Part shown: piece after piece, positions 34,930 through 34,973 of the stretch
How positions within the stretch are numbered: the first letter of the stretch is position 1
Layout: each line of letters starts with the position of its first letter
NCBI GenBank assembly: GCA_032718475.1
Contig: JAUCBJ010008043.1
Coordinates: 1 to 34,973 of the forward strand
Direction: 5' to 3'
DNA length: 34,973 nucleotides
Source of the DNA: Nemertoderma westbladi
Lineage: Eukaryota > Animalia > Xenacoelomorpha
Translations under genes and position numbers: made by a program
The notes under the pieces: generated by a model
The model's database searches: none
Told to the model about the DNA's origin: nothing
Seen by the model: only the letters and a program-made list of their open reading frames with translations

Positions 34930-34973
34930 GTAACTAAATTTAATTTTGCAATTTTTCAGATAACAAAATATTC

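Overview
Eukaryotic (probably invertebrate animal) repeat-dense genomic window, with no prokaryotic or CRISPR content. There is one clear host gene, mostly missed by the ORF track: a 3-coding-exon SSR2/TRAP-beta gene on the minus strand (join 18867-18622, 13067-12909, 10765-10598; 190 aa). Its introns hold a 24-bp minisatellite, a decayed DD35D pogo/Fot-like transposon with perfect 25-bp TIRs, and a 16/19-bp repeat array. The first 9 kb is a G-rich 27-bp minisatellite split by a 5'-truncated RTE-type LINE with a 12-bp target-site duplication, and the long ORFs there are repeat artefacts. The right half holds three nested non-autonomous DNA transposons (piggyBac-like containing hAT containing piggyBac-like) and a ~290-bp foldback. 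It also holds a decayed BEL/Pao LTR retrotransposon whose gag-to-RT interval is replaced by an antisense LINE fragment, two diverged LTR-like copies, and a separate LTR-like unit carrying a tRNA-derived Pol III cassette. A terminal ~100-bp tandem repeat has units that each look like an acceptor/micro-exon/donor cassette. I cannot demonstrate a new biological system. The best leads are the micro-exon-like array, the excess of TA-flanked motifs resembling transposon excision footprints, and the tRNA-containing LTR.
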